A DNA stretch of 64,000 bases from Deinococcales bacterium (GCA_031414595.1 JANNVX010000088.1:160001-224000), one strand, 5' to 3'; numbered from the stretch's first letter, positions 11,461 through 22,850 are shown. Program-made: numbers and translations. The notes: generated from the sequence alone by a model not told the origin.

Positions 11461-11589
11461 GCGTATACGGGAAAAATAAAAAAACAGTAAACTCTTACGC
11501 ACTCCCCCCGCCGCAAGCGACGACCCCCTCGAAAAAGAGGGGGTTTAGGGTTGCTTGTTTTGAGTTGTTTTTAGGTTTTTCTGTGGGTA

Positions 11590-13464
11590 TTAGGAAGGTA
11601 AACCAATTGAGTTTTGTGGAACATCTATTGTGCGCCGAACTCGCTCAACTGCTTCCTTGACCGTTTCGCCAGTAATAATTTCATTCTCGAGCAGGGCGTT
11701 AGCCACATCGTGCATGGCTTGGGCATATTGTTTCATGACCGTCTTGGTGTTGGCATACGCCCTGTCTAAAATATCTTTGATGTCTGCATCTATCATTCGG
11801 GCAGTTTCATCTGAAACTTCGGAACGATTGACCAACTGATCGCCCAAGAAAACAGGTCCACTGCTTGCGCCACCCCAAGCGATATTCCGTAATCTATCGC
11901 CCATGCCCCACTCGAGAACCATGCGCCGAGCCAGTTGCAAAGTGCGCTGGAAATCGTTTGACGCACCAGCCCCAACGTAGCCAATAAATTCTTCTTCGGC
12001 AGCCCGACCAGCCAATGCCGCCGCCAGCGTTGCTTCAGCGCGTTGTTGGGTCATCTCGAGCATTTCTGATTCGTTTTCGGGAGCGAACATCGCCACACCT
12101 AGAGTTCTACCACGCGGCACAATACTGACCTTGACAGGTTTCATGGCGTAGGGCAGGACTTGAGAAATCACGGCATGACCAGCTTCGTGGTACGCCGTAG
12201 CGCGTTTCATTTCGTTGGAAATCATCATGCTGCCATGCTCGAGACCAAGCGTAATTTTATCAAATGCCCTCGAGAAATCCATCATTTTGATGATGTTCGC
12301 CCCGCGTCTGGCTGCCTCGAGTGCAGCTTCATTAGCAAGGTTTTTGAGGTCAGCCCCGCTCATGCCCGGAGTCATTTTGGAAAGCATTTCGACGTTGACA
12401 TCTGGGTCAATTGGTTTATTCCGCATATGAACTTGGACAATTTGTTCGCGTTCTTTCATGGTCGGTAAATCCACTGTGACTTGACGGTCAAAACGCCCCG
12501 GACGAAGAAGCGCCGAATCGAGAATATCAGGGCGATTGGTTGCCGCCATAATAATCACGGATGTTTGCTTATCAAAACCATCCATTTCAGTCAGGATTTG
12601 ATTCAGGGTTTGTTCGCGTTCATCATGACCGCCACCAATACCCGCGCCGCGTTTACGACCAATGCTGTCAAGCTCGTCAATAAAAATAATGGCTGGCGAG
12701 GCTTTACGCGCATCATCGAACAAACTCCGAACTCGAGACGCACCAACACCGACAAACATTTCCATGAATTCGGAAGCTGAAACGGTGAAAAATGGCACAC
12801 CAGCTTCTCCTGCCACCGCTCGAGCCAACAGCGTTTTACCAGTACCGGGAGGTCCAACCAGCAACACGCCTTTTGGAATTTCTGCCCCAACTGCATGGTA
12901 CTTACCGGGATTCTTAAGAAAATCCACAACCTCGATTAACTCGCGCTTGACCTCTTCGTGACCCGCCACATCGGGGAACATGGTACTGACTTTTTTCTCT
13001 TTACCGTACTGCTTGGCTCGAGACTGCCCGAACTGCATGACCTGCCCTTGAGCGCCTTGCCCACGCATAAAAATAAACCAGAAAATACCGAGCATCAAAA
13101 GTACAGGTAAAAACGCGGTCAGTAAACCAAGCCACGGCGAAGGATTCTGTGCCTGAATTGCCACATTGTTTTTCTTTAAAGTTGGCATCAAATCTGGGTC
13201 TCGAGCCTCCACCGAAGGCAATAAGGTACTAAAGGTGCTGAGTTCAACTGACCTATCGCCAATCAAGATTCGTTCAATTTGTTTGGTTTTTAGATCAAGC
13301 CGATTCTCGGTAATCGAAACACTTTCAACTTTACCCGCTTCGACAAGCCCAAGAAACTGTGAGTAACTGATTTGCCGTCCGCCAGAACCACCAGGGTTAA
13401 AAGCATTAAAAGCAAAGAACAACGCGATAATAACAAGGAAAATAACAAACGGATTAATTTTCAA
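11590..13464 (-). CDS. ftsH: ATP-dependent zinc metalloprotease FtsH
   Basis: Two TM segments, [40 protein letters not shown]; probable TTG start at 13464 after AAGGAGG. Confidence 0.95.
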   Translation of the reverse strand: MKINPFVIFLVIIALFFAFNAFNPGGSGGRQISYSQFLGLVEAGKVESVSITENRLDLKTKQIERILIGDRSVELSTFSTLLPSVEARDPDLMPTLKKNNVAIQAQNPSPWLGLLTAFLPVLLMLGIFWFIFMRGQGAQGQVMQFGQSRAKQYGKEKKVSTMFPDVAGHEEVKRELIEVVDFLKNPGKYHAVGAEIPKGVLLVGPPGTGKTLLARAVAGEAGVPFFTVSASEFMEMFVGVGASRVRSLFDDARKASPAIIFIDELDSIGRKRGAGIGGGHDEREQTLNQILTEMDGFDKQTSVIIMAATNRPDILDSALLRPGRFDRQVTVDLPTMKEREQIVQVHMRNKPIDPDVNVEMLSKMTPGMSGADLKNLANEAALEAARRGANIIKMMDFSRAFDKITLGLEHGSMMISNEMKRATAYHEAGHAVISQVLPYAMKPVKVSIVPRGRTLGVAMFAPENESEMLEMTQQRAEATLAAALAGRAAEEEFIGYVGAGASNDFQRTLQLARRMVLEWGMGDRLRNIAWGGASSGPVFLGDQLVNRSEVSDETARMIDADIKDILDRAYANTKTVMKQYAQAMHDVANALLENEIITGETVKEAVERVRRTIDVPQNSIGLPS

Positions 13465-13579
13465 CGGAGGTGCCTCCTTCAAAGGCGGAGAGGGGAAAAG
13501 CAAAGCTAACAGCAACAATATACAACGTGGTCTGTGAGGAACAATGTACTCGAGACCGTAAAAATGCTAAAATCATCCA

Positions 13580-14140
13580 ATGACGTTGGCTGCCACACAA
13601 CTGATGACTGCCGAAATGCTCGAGGTGCTGCCCAACGATGGGCGGCGTTTGGAGCTTGTGAAGGGAGAATTACGAGAACTTATGGCAAGTGGAGGAGACC
13701 ACGGTGATGTGACGATGGAACTTTCGTGGCGACTAGCACGAATTGCTTTTGAGGATAAACTCGGTAAGGTGTTTGCAGCAGAAACTGGTTTTATTGTGGA
13801 CAGAAACCCAGATACGGTACGAGCGCCAGATATTGCCTTTATGTGTAAAGAACGAATCGAACTGATGGGTGGTATTCCCAAAGGGTACATTCCACTTGCC
13901 CCAGACATAGCTGTTGAAACCATTTCACCAAACGATTTGTATACCGAAAGCCACGCAAAAGCCATGATGTGGCTTGAATTTGGTTCAAAACTGGTCTTGG
14001 TTCTTAATCCTAGAAAAGCAAGTATTACTGTATACCGAGCAAACTCTGTTCCTATCGAATTAAAACCAGAAGACAGACTTGAGTTTGTAGATATTCTGCC
14101 AAGATTCTCCGTCCGAGTCGGCGAGATTTTTGGAATATAA
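13580..14140 (+). CDS. Uma2 (DUF820) family putative endonuclease
   Basis: ELVKGEL, H, RAPDIAF, APDIAVETISP motifs; leaderless -10 TAAAAT. Confidence 0.9.
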   Translation: MTLAATQLMTAEMLEVLPNDGRRLELVKGELRELMASGGDHGDVTMELSWRLARIAFEDKLGKVFAAETGFIVDRNPDTVRAPDIAFMCKERIELMGGIPKGYIPLAPDIAVETISPNDLYTESHAKAMMWLEFGSKLVLVLNPRKASITVYRANSVPIELKPEDRLEFVDILPRFSVRVGEIFGI

Positions 14141-14144
14141 ATCA

Positions 14145-16703
14145 TCAGTTTGCCAACCTCGAGCCAAAATTAAAGCGCCCATCGGAATAATCCACCACTA
14201 AACTCGAGTTATCTGGCACTTCGCCGCCCAGAATCCGTTTAGCAATTGGAGTCTCGAGTTCGCGCCCAATGGTGCGTTTGAGTGGTCTAGCCCCATACGC
14301 TGGGTCGTAACCCATGCCCGCAAGATGGTCTTTGGCTAGGTCGGAAAGTTCTAAGCTAACGCCGCGTTCAAGCAGTCTCGAGCGTAACCCGTTGAGTTGA
14401 ATATCCACAATGTCACGCATTTGATGCACACTTAAAGCATCAAAGACCACAATCTCATCTACGCGGTTTAAGAACTCTGGGCGGAAATGCTGGGTCAAGA
14501 GTTTTTGTACATCCTCACGCACCCCACGGGTCACACCACCATTTTTGGCTGCCTCGAGAATCATCGGGCTTCCAAGGTTACTGGTCATGATAATCACAGT
14601 GTTGCGAAAATCCACGGTTCGCCCTTGCCCATCGGTTAAGCGCCCATCATCAAGCACTTGCAGCAGGGTATTAAAGACATCGGGATGGGCTTTTTCGATT
14701 TCGTCTAAGAGAATCACCGAGTACGGACGACGGCGCACGGCTTCGGTCAGTTGTCCACCTTCGTCATAGCCGACATAGCCCGGAGGCGCACCGATTAAAC
14801 GGCTGACACTGTGTTTTTCCATGTACTCGGACATGTCAAGCCGCACCAGCGCATCTTCGGTGTCAAACAAAAATGCAGCCAGTGTTTTTGCCAGTTCGGT
14901 CTTGCCGACACCGGTTGGTCCTAAAAACATCAGGCTACCAATCGGGCGCTTTGGGTCAGACAAACCAGCTCTTGAACGACGAATCGCATCCGAGACCGCC
15001 CGAACCGCTTCTTCTTGACCAATCACCCGAAGGTGTAACTCTGACTCGAGACGAAGCAGTTTTTCGCGTTCACCCTCGAGTAATCGCGCCACAGGAATTC
15101 CCGTCCAACGCGCCACAATCTCGGCAATGTCGTGTTCGGTCACTTGGCTCGAGGCAAATTTGGCGCTTTTTAATTTCTTCTCGAGATTTCGCACTTCCAT
15201 TTCTAAAGCGGGCAGTGTGCCATATTTTAACTCGGCGGCTTTGGAAAGGTCGTACTCGCGTTCGGCACGTTCAATCTGTACCCGTACCGAATCGAGTTGT
15301 TCACGGGCATCTTTGAGTTTTAAGAGTTCGGCACGTTCAACTTCCCACTCCGAGCGTAAACCTGCCGTTTTTGCGGTCACATCCTGCAATTCACGTTGTA
15401 AATCCTCGAGCCGACGCGCCGAATCCTCATCCTTTTCTTTTTGCAGCGCTTGTTGTTCGATTTCCAGTTGCAATTTGCGCCGCTCGAGCGTGTCTATTTC
15501 TTCGGGGCTGGATTCAAGCTGCATTCGCAAACGGGCGGCGGCTTCATCAATTAAATCAATGGCTTTATCGGGAAGCTGCCTGTCGGCGATATAGCGGTTA
15601 GAAAGTAAAGCGGCTGCCACCACCGCAGGGTCAGTGATTTCAACATTATGATGCACTTGATAGCGTTCTTTGATGCCGCGTAAAATGCTGATCGTATCCT
15701 CAACACTTGGTTCATTGATATACACAGGCTGGAAACGTCGCTCTAAGGCTGCGTCTTTTTCGATTTCACGGTATTCTTTTAAGGTTGTTGCTCCAATCAA
15801 ATGCAGTTCGCCGCGTGCTAACGCGGGTTTAAGCATATTGCCCGCATCGGGGCTACCTTCGGATTTACCCGCGCCAACAATCGTGTGCAGTTCATCAATA
15901 AAAAGAATAATCTCGCCATTGGCTTTTTCGACTTCAGAAATTACCGCCTTTAAGCGTTCCTCGAACTCGCCTCGGAATTTTGCCCCAGCCAGCAGTGTAC
16001 CTATCGCTAAACTGACAATTCGTTTGTGTTTTAAGCCGTCCGGCACATCACCTTTGACTATTCGTTGGGCTAGACCTTCGGCAATGGCGGTTTTACCCAC
16101 CCCCGGTTCGCCAATCACCACAGGGTTATTTTTAGTTCGACGCAACAAAATCTGCATCACTCGACGAATTTCCTCATCACGCCCAATCACTGGGTCTAGC
16201 TTGCCATCTCGAGCCTGAGCCGTTAAATCCAGCCCGTACTTCTCGAGGGCTTCAAAGGTTGTTTCGGCTGTTTTGGTGTCCACTTTACGACCTCCTCTAA
16301 TTTTCTCGAGCGCCGTTCTTAAATTTGCTGCGCTTGGTAAATCGTGACTGATAAATTGTTCACGCATGGCAACAAAAAGTGCGTCCAAGCCAATAAACGA
16401 ATCTTGTAATTCTTTAACAATAACTTCGGCTCGTTCTAAGCCTCGAGCAAATTCTTGGGATGCAAATTGCCCCGCGTTTTGTGAAGTTTTAGCTTGGGCA
16501 TTGAGGAATTTCTCTAAACTATTTTTAGCAACTTGGGCGTTTCCACTGGCTAACTCGAGCATCCGCAGTATAGGCGTGTCCCCCTCGAGAGCGGCTAACA
16601 AGACATGCGCTGGTAAAAGTTGGGAATTACCAATGGCTTGGGCTTTGGTCTGGGCAGTTTGTAAAGTTTGTAGTGCAAGTTCGGTATATCGTTCTGGGTT
16701 CAT
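14145..16703 (-). CDS. clpB: Chaperone ClpB
   Basis: Two AAA modules ([16 protein letters not shown]), coiled-coil middle domain, [22 protein letters not shown] start at 16703. Confidence 0.96.
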   Translation of the reverse strand: MNPERYTELALQTLQTAQTKAQAIGNSQLLPAHVLLAALEGDTPILRMLELASGNAQVAKNSLEKFLNAQAKTSQNAGQFASQEFARGLERAEVIVKELQDSFIGLDALFVAMREQFISHDLPSAANLRTALEKIRGGRKVDTKTAETTFEALEKYGLDLTAQARDGKLDPVIGRDEEIRRVMQILLRRTKNNPVVIGEPGVGKTAIAEGLAQRIVKGDVPDGLKHKRIVSLAIGTLLAGAKFRGEFEERLKAVISEVEKANGEIILFIDELHTIVGAGKSEGSPDAGNMLKPALARGELHLIGATTLKEYREIEKDAALERRFQPVYINEPSVEDTISILRGIKERYQVHHNVEITDPAVVAAALLSNRYIADRQLPDKAIDLIDEAAARLRMQLESSPEEIDTLERRKLQLEIEQQALQKEKDEDSARRLEDLQRELQDVTAKTAGLRSEWEVERAELLKLKDAREQLDSVRVQIERAEREYDLSKAAELKYGTLPALEMEVRNLEKKLKSAKFASSQVTEHDIAEIVARWTGIPVARLLEGEREKLLRLESELHLRVIGQEEAVRAVSDAIRRSRAGLSDPKRPIGSLMFLGPTGVGKTELAKTLAAFLFDTEDALVRLDMSEYMEKHSVSRLIGAPPGYVGYDEGGQLTEAVRRRPYSVILLDEIEKAHPDVFNTLLQVLDDGRLTDGQGRTVDFRNTVIIMTSNLGSPMILEAAKNGGVTRGVREDVQKLLTQHFRPEFLNRVDEIVVFDALSVHQMRDIVDIQLNGLRSRLLERGVSLELSDLAKDHLAGMGYDPAYGARPLKRTIGRELETPIAKRILGGEVPDNSSLVVDYSDGRFNFGSRLAN

Positions 16704-16759
16704 AGTTACCTCGAGAGCCAAGAGAGAGGGTAGTGGCTTAACATAATGACACAATAAAA

Positions 16760-16780
16760 CTTGAGTGCAGTCTTGTCAAG
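16760..16780. promoter_or_regulatory. HAIR (HspR-binding) inverted repeat upstream of clpB
   Basis: CTTGAGT-gcagtct-TGTCAAG vs consensus CTTGAGT-N7-ACTCAAG. Confidence 0.8.
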
Positions 16781-16852
16781 TTTATTGCAATACAATTACT
16801 CGAGATAACCCACTTGAAAGCTGTCGTGCCGAATTAGAATTCTGACCAAGCC

Positions 16853-16887
16853 AAAAAAGCGCCAAGCAAATTGCTTGGCGCTTTTTT
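16853..16887. terminator. Intrinsic terminator (bidirectional form) after S1-domain gene
   Basis: AAAAAAGCGCCAAGCA-aat-TGCTTGGCGCTTTTTT. Confidence 0.85.
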
Positions 16888-16897
16888 GAGTTTTTTC

Positions 16898-17281
16898 TTA
16901 TTTCTTTTTCTTTTTCTTTTCAGGACCGCCGCCCATCCCACTGGTGGTTCGGTCTTTGGCATCGCGCATAAAAGCGCGGAGTTTGGCTTCAAAAGCAGGT
17001 GCTTGCTTGCCGATGCGTTTGGGCTTCGGGATTTCTTCGGGTGTGTCTTGGAGTTCTTTGATGCTTAAATCCAAGCGTCCTTTTTCGTCCCTACCTAGAA
17101 CTTTCACGGTTATTTCTTGTCCATCGCGTAAGTGTTCAGAAACTGACCGCACAAACTCATGTGCGATTTGCGAGATGTGAACCAAACCAGTCTCGCCAGT
17201 ATCTTTTATTTCCACAAACGCGCCGAAATCGGTAACTCGCGTGACTTTTCCTTCTACCACTGCCCCAGACTCAATTGACAC
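16898..17281 (-). CDS. S1 RNA-binding domain protein (YugI/Gsp13-like)
   Basis: GKVTRVTDFGAFVEI...GLVHISQI...RLDLSIK; AAGGAGG RBS, GTG start. Confidence 0.9.
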   Translation of the reverse strand: MSIESGAVVEGKVTRVTDFGAFVEIKDTGETGLVHISQIAHEFVRSVSEHLRDGQEITVKVLGRDEKGRLDLSIKELQDTPEEIPKPKRIGKQAPAFEAKLRAFMRDAKDRTTSGMGGGPEKKKKKK

Positions 17282-17416
17282 TCGGTGTAGCCTCCTTTGA
17301 TAACGCCCGCTTTTGAAAAAGTTTCATAGCTTTTGACATTGCTTACAGTTTAACACAAGTTTAGAGGAATGCGTGATACATCTTTTCTCTTGTGTGTTAG
17401 CCCAACACCTGTTATA

Positions 17417-17470
17417 GTCTTGCCTCGCGCTGTGTCAAAGCGGTGTGATTTTATGTCTACAAGGAGGTGA
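17417..17470 (+). promoter_or_regulatory. Candidate S6:S18 ribosomal-protein leader
   Basis: GTCTTGCC...stem...CAAGGAGGTG pairing next to the rpsF RBS, in the position known for this leader. Confidence 0.4.
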
Positions 17471-17477
17471 AATAATT

Positions 17478-17789
17478 ATGGCAAATTATGACTTAAATGT
17501 GTTACTCAACCCTAACCTTGACCAGAGCCAAATCGCTGTGGAAAAAGAGTACATCGAGAATGCAGTTAAAAACGGTGGTGGAAGTGTTTCCCAACTCGAC
17601 GAGTGGGGCAACAAGAAACTGGCTTACCAAATCAAAAAGGATTCGCAAGCCTACTTTTTGGTCTACCGCTTAGACCTTCCCGAGAATGCAACCAACACGA
17701 TTCAAACATCGTTGCGTTTACGCGACCATGTGCGTCGCGTGATGGTGGTAAAACAACGTCCGGAATGGAAGACCAAAAAATCGGCTTAA
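17478..17789 (+). CDS. rpsF: 30S ribosomal protein S6
   Basis: YDLNVLLNP...WGNKKLAYQIKK; AGGAGGTG RBS; rpsF-ssb-rpsR-rplI synteny. Confidence 0.96.
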   Translation: MANYDLNVLLNPNLDQSQIAVEKEYIENAVKNGGGSVSQLDEWGNKKLAYQIKKDSQAYFLVYRLDLPENATNTIQTSLRLRDHVRRVMVVKQRPEWKTKKSA

Positions 17790-17879
17790 GGTACTTTGCT
17801 CGAGCAGCCCCTAACGCATACTCGAGATTATTCGCAAATCACTAGCATTACGAGCAAACCGCTCGAGAAGAGGAAGAAC

Positions 17880-18758
17880 ATGGCAAGAGGCTTAAATCAC
17901 GTTTATCTGATGGGCGCATTGGCAAAAGACCCAGACTTGCGTTATACCCCAAGCGGCATTGCTGTGGCGGATTTAACCGTGGCTGGCGAAGATAACGTCA
18001 TGGGCAACGATGGTCGCTCACGGGTACTGCCTTGGTATCATCGGGTCAGTATTCTTGGACAACAAGCCGAGCGCATGACCGATGGCAACTTAAAAGCTGG
18101 CGATCCTGTGCTGGTCGAAGGTTCTTTGGAATTTCGCACTTGGGAAACGCCCGAAGGACAAAAACGCAGTGCGGTCAATGTCAAAGCCTTACGGGTCGAG
18201 ATTGCCCAATACGGAACTCGAGCCGAACCACTTGTGACCGATAGTGTCGGCGGTAAACGCCTAACCAACGCCCTAAACGAAGTCGTCCTGATTGGCAATT
18301 TAACCCGCGATTCAGAGCTTCGCTACACCCCATCTGGTGATGCTGTTACCACCATTTCCATTGCAGTAAACGAATCATGGAAAGACAAGACTGGTAATTG
18401 GCAAGAAAAAACCCATTATGTCGAGGTTAATTTGTGGCGCGACCTCGCCGAAGCCGCCGGAGAACTGAAAAAAGGCGATCCGATTATGGTTTTGGGCAGA
18501 CTGGTCAATGAATCTTGGACTGACCGAGAAGGTAATAAAAGATCAACCACCCGAGTTGAAGGAAGACGTATTGAAATACTGGCTCGCGGTCCTGGAACTG
18601 CTGGTAATTCCGGAACCACCTCGAGTGCCAACCGCCAAGCCGGCGGATTTGCACCAGCGCGACAAGCAGCCCCGCAAGCTGACGCAGGGTCCCGTGCGAG
18701 ACCAGACATTGATGACGGCTTACAAGATTTCCCACCAGAAGAAGATTTACCATTTTAG
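17880..18758 (+). CDS. ssb: Single-stranded DNA-binding protein, two-OB-fold Deinococcus/Thermus type
   Basis: Two LRYTPSG OB folds; acidic tail EEDLPF. Confidence 0.96.
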   Translation: MARGLNHVYLMGALAKDPDLRYTPSGIAVADLTVAGEDNVMGNDGRSRVLPWYHRVSILGQQAERMTDGNLKAGDPVLVEGSLEFRTWETPEGQKRSAVNVKALRVEIAQYGTRAEPLVTDSVGGKRLTNALNEVVLIGNLTRDSELRYTPSGDAVTTISIAVNESWKDKTGNWQEKTHYVEVNLWRDLAEAAGELKKGDPIMVLGRLVNESWTDREGNKRSTTRVEGRRIEILARGPGTAGNSGTTSSANRQAGGFAPARQAAPQADAGSRARPDIDDGLQDFPPEEDLPF

Positions 18759-18767
18759 GAGTTTTAT

Positions 18768-19130
18768 ATGCCCGCAGGTAAACCCAACAATCGAAATAGC
18801 GGTTCCAGGGACCGCAATTCAGACCGTAATTCTGACCGCAACGACCGCGACAATGACCGTGGCGATAAACGCGGCGGAGCGGCAGCCGGCGGTAAGAACG
18901 CCAAGCGTCCTCGCAAGCCAAAAGTTGACCCATTCAAGACTGGTGAACTCGAAGTGACCGATTACCACGATGCCAAAATGTTGCGCCGTTTTATTTCCGA
19001 CACTGGGCGCATCTTGCCGCGTCGTCGGACTGGGGTCAACGCCAAGAACCAACGCCGTTTAGCCTTAACCATCAAACGCGCCCGTATGATTGCCTTGTTG
19101 CCATTCACCGACAAGCTCGTTCGGAAATAA
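18768..19130 (+). CDS. rpsR: 30S ribosomal protein S18 with N-terminal low-complexity extension
   Basis: [18 protein letters not shown]...[12 protein letters not shown]...LLPF. Confidence 0.95.
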   Translation: MPAGKPNNRNSGSRDRNSDRNSDRNDRDNDRGDKRGGAAAGGKNAKRPRKPKVDPFKTGELEVTDYHDAKMLRRFISDTGRILPRRRTGVNAKNQRRLALTIKRARMIALLPFTDKLVRK

Positions 19131-19142
19131 GGAGGAATCATC

Positions 19143-19598
19143 ATGTCTAAGAATGCAAAAGTGATTCTTCTCGAGCCAGTTACTAAGCTCGGCACAACCG
19201 GTAACATCATCGAAGTCCGCCCCGGATATGCCCGTAACTTCTTAATTCCACGCGGCTTGGTTGCCTACGCAACCCCAGCTAACTTGAAGAACCTCGAAAT
19301 GCAACTCCGCGCCAAAGTCAAGCGCTTAGAAGCGATTAAAACCGATGCCGAGAAATTGGCAGGACAATTTGCAGAAATTGTTGTGGAATTAAAAGTCAAA
19401 GCTGGCGAAGGCAAAATTTACGGCGCTGTGACCAATCAAATGGTTGCCGATGCCGTCGAGCAACAAACAGGTTTAGCCATTGACAAGCGCAAAATTGAAA
19501 TGGGCAAAGCCATCAAGGATTTGGGCGAATACGGCGTGGTTTACAAGCCACACCCAGAAGTGCCGATTCCATTGAAGTTGAATGTAACCGCAGTTTAA
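19143..19598 (+). CDS. rplI: 50S ribosomal protein L9
   Basis: KVILLE...LG...VRPGYARNFLIPRG; KIYGAVT. Confidence 0.96.
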   Translation: MSKNAKVILLEPVTKLGTTGNIIEVRPGYARNFLIPRGLVAYATPANLKNLEMQLRAKVKRLEAIKTDAEKLAGQFAEIVVELKVKAGEGKIYGAVTNQMVADAVEQQTGLAIDKRKIEMGKAIKDLGEYGVVYKPHPEVPIPLKLNVTAV

Positions 19599-19610
19599 TT
19601 TGTGCATTAC

Positions 19611-19642
19611 AATGCCCCTCGAGTCAATTCTCGAGGGGCATT
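19611..19642 (+). terminator. Hairpin after rplI built on two CTCGAG sites
   Basis: AATGCCCCTCGAG-tcaatt-CTCGAGGGGCATT. Confidence 0.65.
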
Positions 19643-19685
19643 CATTTGGTTCTTTCAAAACTCGAGAAATACGCTAGAATTAGGT

Positions 19686-20588
19686 ATGCAATCACGATTT
19701 ATCAACCCATTCACAGATTTTGGTTTCAAAAAAATCTTTGGCGAAGAAGCCAGTAAGCCATTGTTGCTCGACTTCTTAAACGCCTTACTGCCAGCCCAGC
19801 ACCAGATAAAAGACCTCAGTTTTAAGAATCTCGAGCAACTCCCAGAAACAGAAAGCCAACGCAGGGCTGTCTACGATATTTACTGCGAAAGTGATAGCGG
19901 TGAACGGTTCATTGTCGAATTACAACGATTACACCAAGCCTATTTTAAGGATAGAACTATTTACTACAGCACTTTTCCAATCAGAGAACAAGCCGAAAAA
20001 GGCAATTGGAATTACAGGTTAAATGCGGTTTACTGCATTGGAATCCTAGATTTTACCTTTGACGACTTTGAGCCAGAACCCATTAAAAGCGAAGTAATAC
20101 AAACCGTTAATCTAAAAAATCAGCATAACCAAGTCTTCTACGATAAACTCACGCTGATTTACCTCGAGATACCGAACTTCAAAAAGACCGAAAGTCAACT
20201 CGAGACGCGCTTAGATAAATGGTTGTACTTTATCAAAAACCTAGAATATCTCGAGAGTATCCCCGAGATATTTAAGGATGTGGTCTTTACCCAAGCCTTT
20301 GAAGCCGCAAAAATGGCGAATTTGGGATCAGTAGAATTATACGGGTACGAACAGAGTCTAAAAATCATGCGTGATAATTACTCGACTTTTCAGTACGCGG
20401 TGGATACTGCGTTAGCCGAAGGGCGCGAAGCGGGACTTGCCGAAGGACTTGCCGAAGGCGAAGCCAAAGGCGAACGGCAAGCTAAGCTCGAGATTGCTAA
20501 AACCCTGCTCAGGCAGGGCATGACCAAGGAACAAGTTGGGGCGATAACTGGTTTAGAAACAACTGACTTAAAGTTTGGTGAGTCCTGA
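19686..20588 (+). CDS. Rpn family recombination-promoting nuclease / PD-(D/E)XK protein, copy 1
   Basis: FINPFTDFGFKKIFG, YDIYC, FIVELQ, DRTIYY, LDKWLYF, C-terminal EG repeats and IAKTLL...AITGL. Confidence 0.9.
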   Translation: MQSRFINPFTDFGFKKIFGEEASKPLLLDFLNALLPAQHQIKDLSFKNLEQLPETESQRRAVYDIYCESDSGERFIVELQRLHQAYFKDRTIYYSTFPIREQAEKGNWNYRLNAVYCIGILDFTFDDFEPEPIKSEVIQTVNLKNQHNQVFYDKLTLIYLEIPNFKKTESQLETRLDKWLYFIKNLEYLESIPEIFKDVVFTQAFEAAKMANLGSVELYGYEQSLKIMRDNYSTFQYAVDTALAEGREAGLAEGLAEGEAKGERQAKLEIAKTLLRQGMTKEQVGAITGLETTDLKFGES

Positions 20589-20589
20589 A

Positions 20590-20745
20590 AAAATTAGTCA
20601 GCATTGCAAAATCCGAAAACTCGAGCAGAGCGATACAAACCTAGAAGTGGCTAGTTTAGTTCGGGTAGCCCATGAACTCGAGTTTGATGTGACGATTCGG
20701 CTCGAGCCAAGGCAAGCAGGGGTGGTGCTTGAAGTGAAGTTTTAA
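20590..20745 (+). pseudogene. 3' remnant of an XRE/HigA-type HTH gene (copy A)
   Basis: Reads ...KLEQSDTNLEVASLVRVAHELEFDVTIRLEPRQAGVVLEVKF* with no start; resembles the C-terminal half of the HTH protein at 23346-23756. Confidence 0.65.
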
Positions 20746-20855
20746 GAAGTTTTAGTATAATAACGACAAACGGAAGTGCCGATTACTTTGAAGTTAAACG
20801 TAATGGCTACTTAAAGTTAAATGCAGTACAATACCCCTCGAGAATTCCCAAGGAA
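20620..20855 (+). repeat. Long direct repeat, copy A (HTH tail plus putative promoter)
   Basis: Near-identical to 25816-25941, then weaker similarity (GAAGTGCC...GTACAAT...TCGAGAATTC) to ~26040. Confidence 0.75.
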
Positions 20856-20898
20856 TATTTACTATATACATCAAAATTTCAGTTCAGGAGAGTAGATA

Positions 20899-22143
20899 AT
20901 GCGTGTATTTGCGTATATGCCTAATGCAATTTTGGTAAATGTTGATCTTCCACAGGGTATTTCAAATACCGATTCCGAGCTTTCTCGAGCAATCTTTTCT
21001 TTGGATTCAGAAAATATTTTTTTGTCAATACCAGAATCGGAAAGAAAAAGCCTGTTTACATCGTTGCATACAACATATGAAAGGTGTCAATATCATTATC
21101 ATCGCTACCAAGAAATTGAATTATTTTTATCAACAACGCGCAAAAGTTTACCCATAGAGATTTCATATGACGCGTCACTTAAGTATATGTATTTTGAAAT
21201 ACAAGCTTTATTCGGCTCTATTCGTCTGTTTTTAGACGAAATAATTTACATTATTGCTCGCAAGGAAGGAAATACACATGATGAATCTTTTTCTGGGGAT
21301 TGGGCTGTAAATAATGTTTTCAAAACCTCACCTCCAATAGCCATTAGGCATGTTCCCGAAATTGTCCATGCCGCTCACTTTGAAACTTGGTACTCAAAAT
21401 TAAACGGCTACAGAAACGCTTTCTATCATCATGGGTGGAATTTTTCTAGTGGTCACTCAGATACCAATGATTTAAGCTCTCGAGCAAGTTCACCTCAACA
21501 CAATGGTTTTTTTGTTCCAGATTTAGATTCAGTCAAACGAAACAGTAAGCCGTTCCAATGGACTTGGAATGATAAAACTCAAATTTTGGATGTTGTAGCT
21601 GATGTAAAGAGTGAATTTAAAAGATTTATAGAAGGTTTAGTTTTTACCGTTTGGGCTATTGCCAAACAAGACTACAGCAATGCAGTACCAATACTTGAAC
21701 AGCCTAATATAATCGTTACTTTTCCATTTCCTTGCGTACTTTTATACCAAAGTAATGTTGTTATTCCAGTCTTCACAAAACTCAATAAAGCTGAGTCATA
21801 CACTCATTTTCAAGATATTGCTGCTGCCAATGATGCAAAAGTTGAAATTATACAACTAAGAAAAAATAAACTTTTCGACCCTAAAATTGAATATTTTACA
21901 GTTGGAATATCAGAGCTAGAACGATTAAATTTTCACGAAGAACACGAAAATTCTAGGCTTCAGATAGTGGTTGACGCAGAATTCGATAGTGTCGGAAATC
22001 TTAAAGACGGTTTAGGTACATTTGTTGACCTTATGAGCCTAGCAGAAGCAAAAAAAGATATTGCAGTCAAGCCATTAAGTTTTTATGTTCCCGAGATTAA
22101 TCCTGAAGTTGTATATATCTGGAGAAAAATTACGCATTTGTAG
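20899..22143 (+). CDS. AT-rich hypothetical protein with HEPN-like RxxxxH motif
   Basis: 414-aa ORF, AGGAG RBS, YFEIQALFGSIRLFLD and YRNAFYHH motifs resembling Cthe_2314-type HEPN. Confidence 0.6.
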   Translation: MRVFAYMPNAILVNVDLPQGISNTDSELSRAIFSLDSENIFLSIPESERKSLFTSLHTTYERCQYHYHRYQEIELFLSTTRKSLPIEISYDASLKYMYFEIQALFGSIRLFLDEIIYIIARKEGNTHDESFSGDWAVNNVFKTSPPIAIRHVPEIVHAAHFETWYSKLNGYRNAFYHHGWNFSSGHSDTNDLSSRASSPQHNGFFVPDLDSVKRNSKPFQWTWNDKTQILDVVADVKSEFKRFIEGLVFTVWAIAKQDYSNAVPILEQPNIIVTFPFPCVLLYQSNVVIPVFTKLNKAESYTHFQDIAAANDAKVEIIQLRKNKLFDPKIEYFTVGISELERLNFHEEHENSRLQIVVDAEFDSVGNLKDGLGTFVDLMSLAEAKKDIAVKPLSFYVPEINPEVVYIWRKITHL

Positions 22144-22286
22144 CTCCTCGAGTTTTTCCATGCTCATCCAACGCGGCTCTTACTCAAGTAGCAGATTTGC
22201 TTTTGCCCTTTGCCTCGAGCTTTGTGCTTTGGCTGGTGGCTCGAGAACCAAATTCTAATTCTTAATTTATGGTGTACGATATTCCC

Positions 22287-22484
22287 ATGAGCTTAGTTGA
22301 ACTCAAAGAAAATACTAAAAAACTTGAAAACGCTGAACTTCTCGAATTTGCCCGTTGGATACGAGAACTCGAGGCGGATGCTTGGGATGCACAAATTGCG
22401 GCTGACCTTGAGGCTGGTCGTTTTGATGCGCTGCTCGAGTCGGTTAAAGCAGATATTGACGCTGGACTTGTAAAAGCCCTGTGA
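22287..22484 (+). CDS. Small acidic putative antitoxin, copy 1
   Basis: MSLVELKE...WDAQIAADLEAGRFD; overlaps toxin start (GTGA); leaderless -10 TACGAT. Confidence 0.75.
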   Translation: MSLVELKENTKKLENAELLEFARWIRELEADAWDAQIAADLEAGRFDALLESVKADIDAGLVKAL

Positions 22485-22741
22485 ATCACTTTACTCGCCC
22501 GAGTTTCTGGGATTTTTATAGTTAGCTACCACCAGAAATTCAGATATTGGCAGACAAAAATTATACGTTGCTGAAAGAAAATCCTCGCCATCCCAGTTTG
22601 CAATTAAAACCCATTGGGCGTTTATGGTCAGTCAGGATTACCGATGATTACCGCGCCCTTGGCTTGGACGATAAAATTGGAATTGTCTGGTTTTGGATAG
22701 GCAAACACAAGGAGTACGAGCGCTTGCTTAAACGAGGTTGA
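22481..22741 (+). pseudogene. ParE/RelE-like toxin copy 1, inactivated by in-frame TAG at 22523-22525
   Basis: Near-identical to 24513-24773, but codon 15 is TAG where copy 2 has CAG. Confidence 0.8.
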
Positions 22742-22850
22742 ATTCTCGAGCCTCACGCCTAAAACTGGTGGCTTGGGCTAGTTTTTGAGGTTTCTCGAAT
22801 CAAACAAAAACCCGCCATTGCTGACGGGGTGTAGCTTCTCTGGTTTTTGG

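Noticed and set aside
18805-18870. DRNS/DRN tandem repeats in S18
   Set aside because: Low-complexity N-terminal extensions of S18 are common in this lineage; not treated as novel
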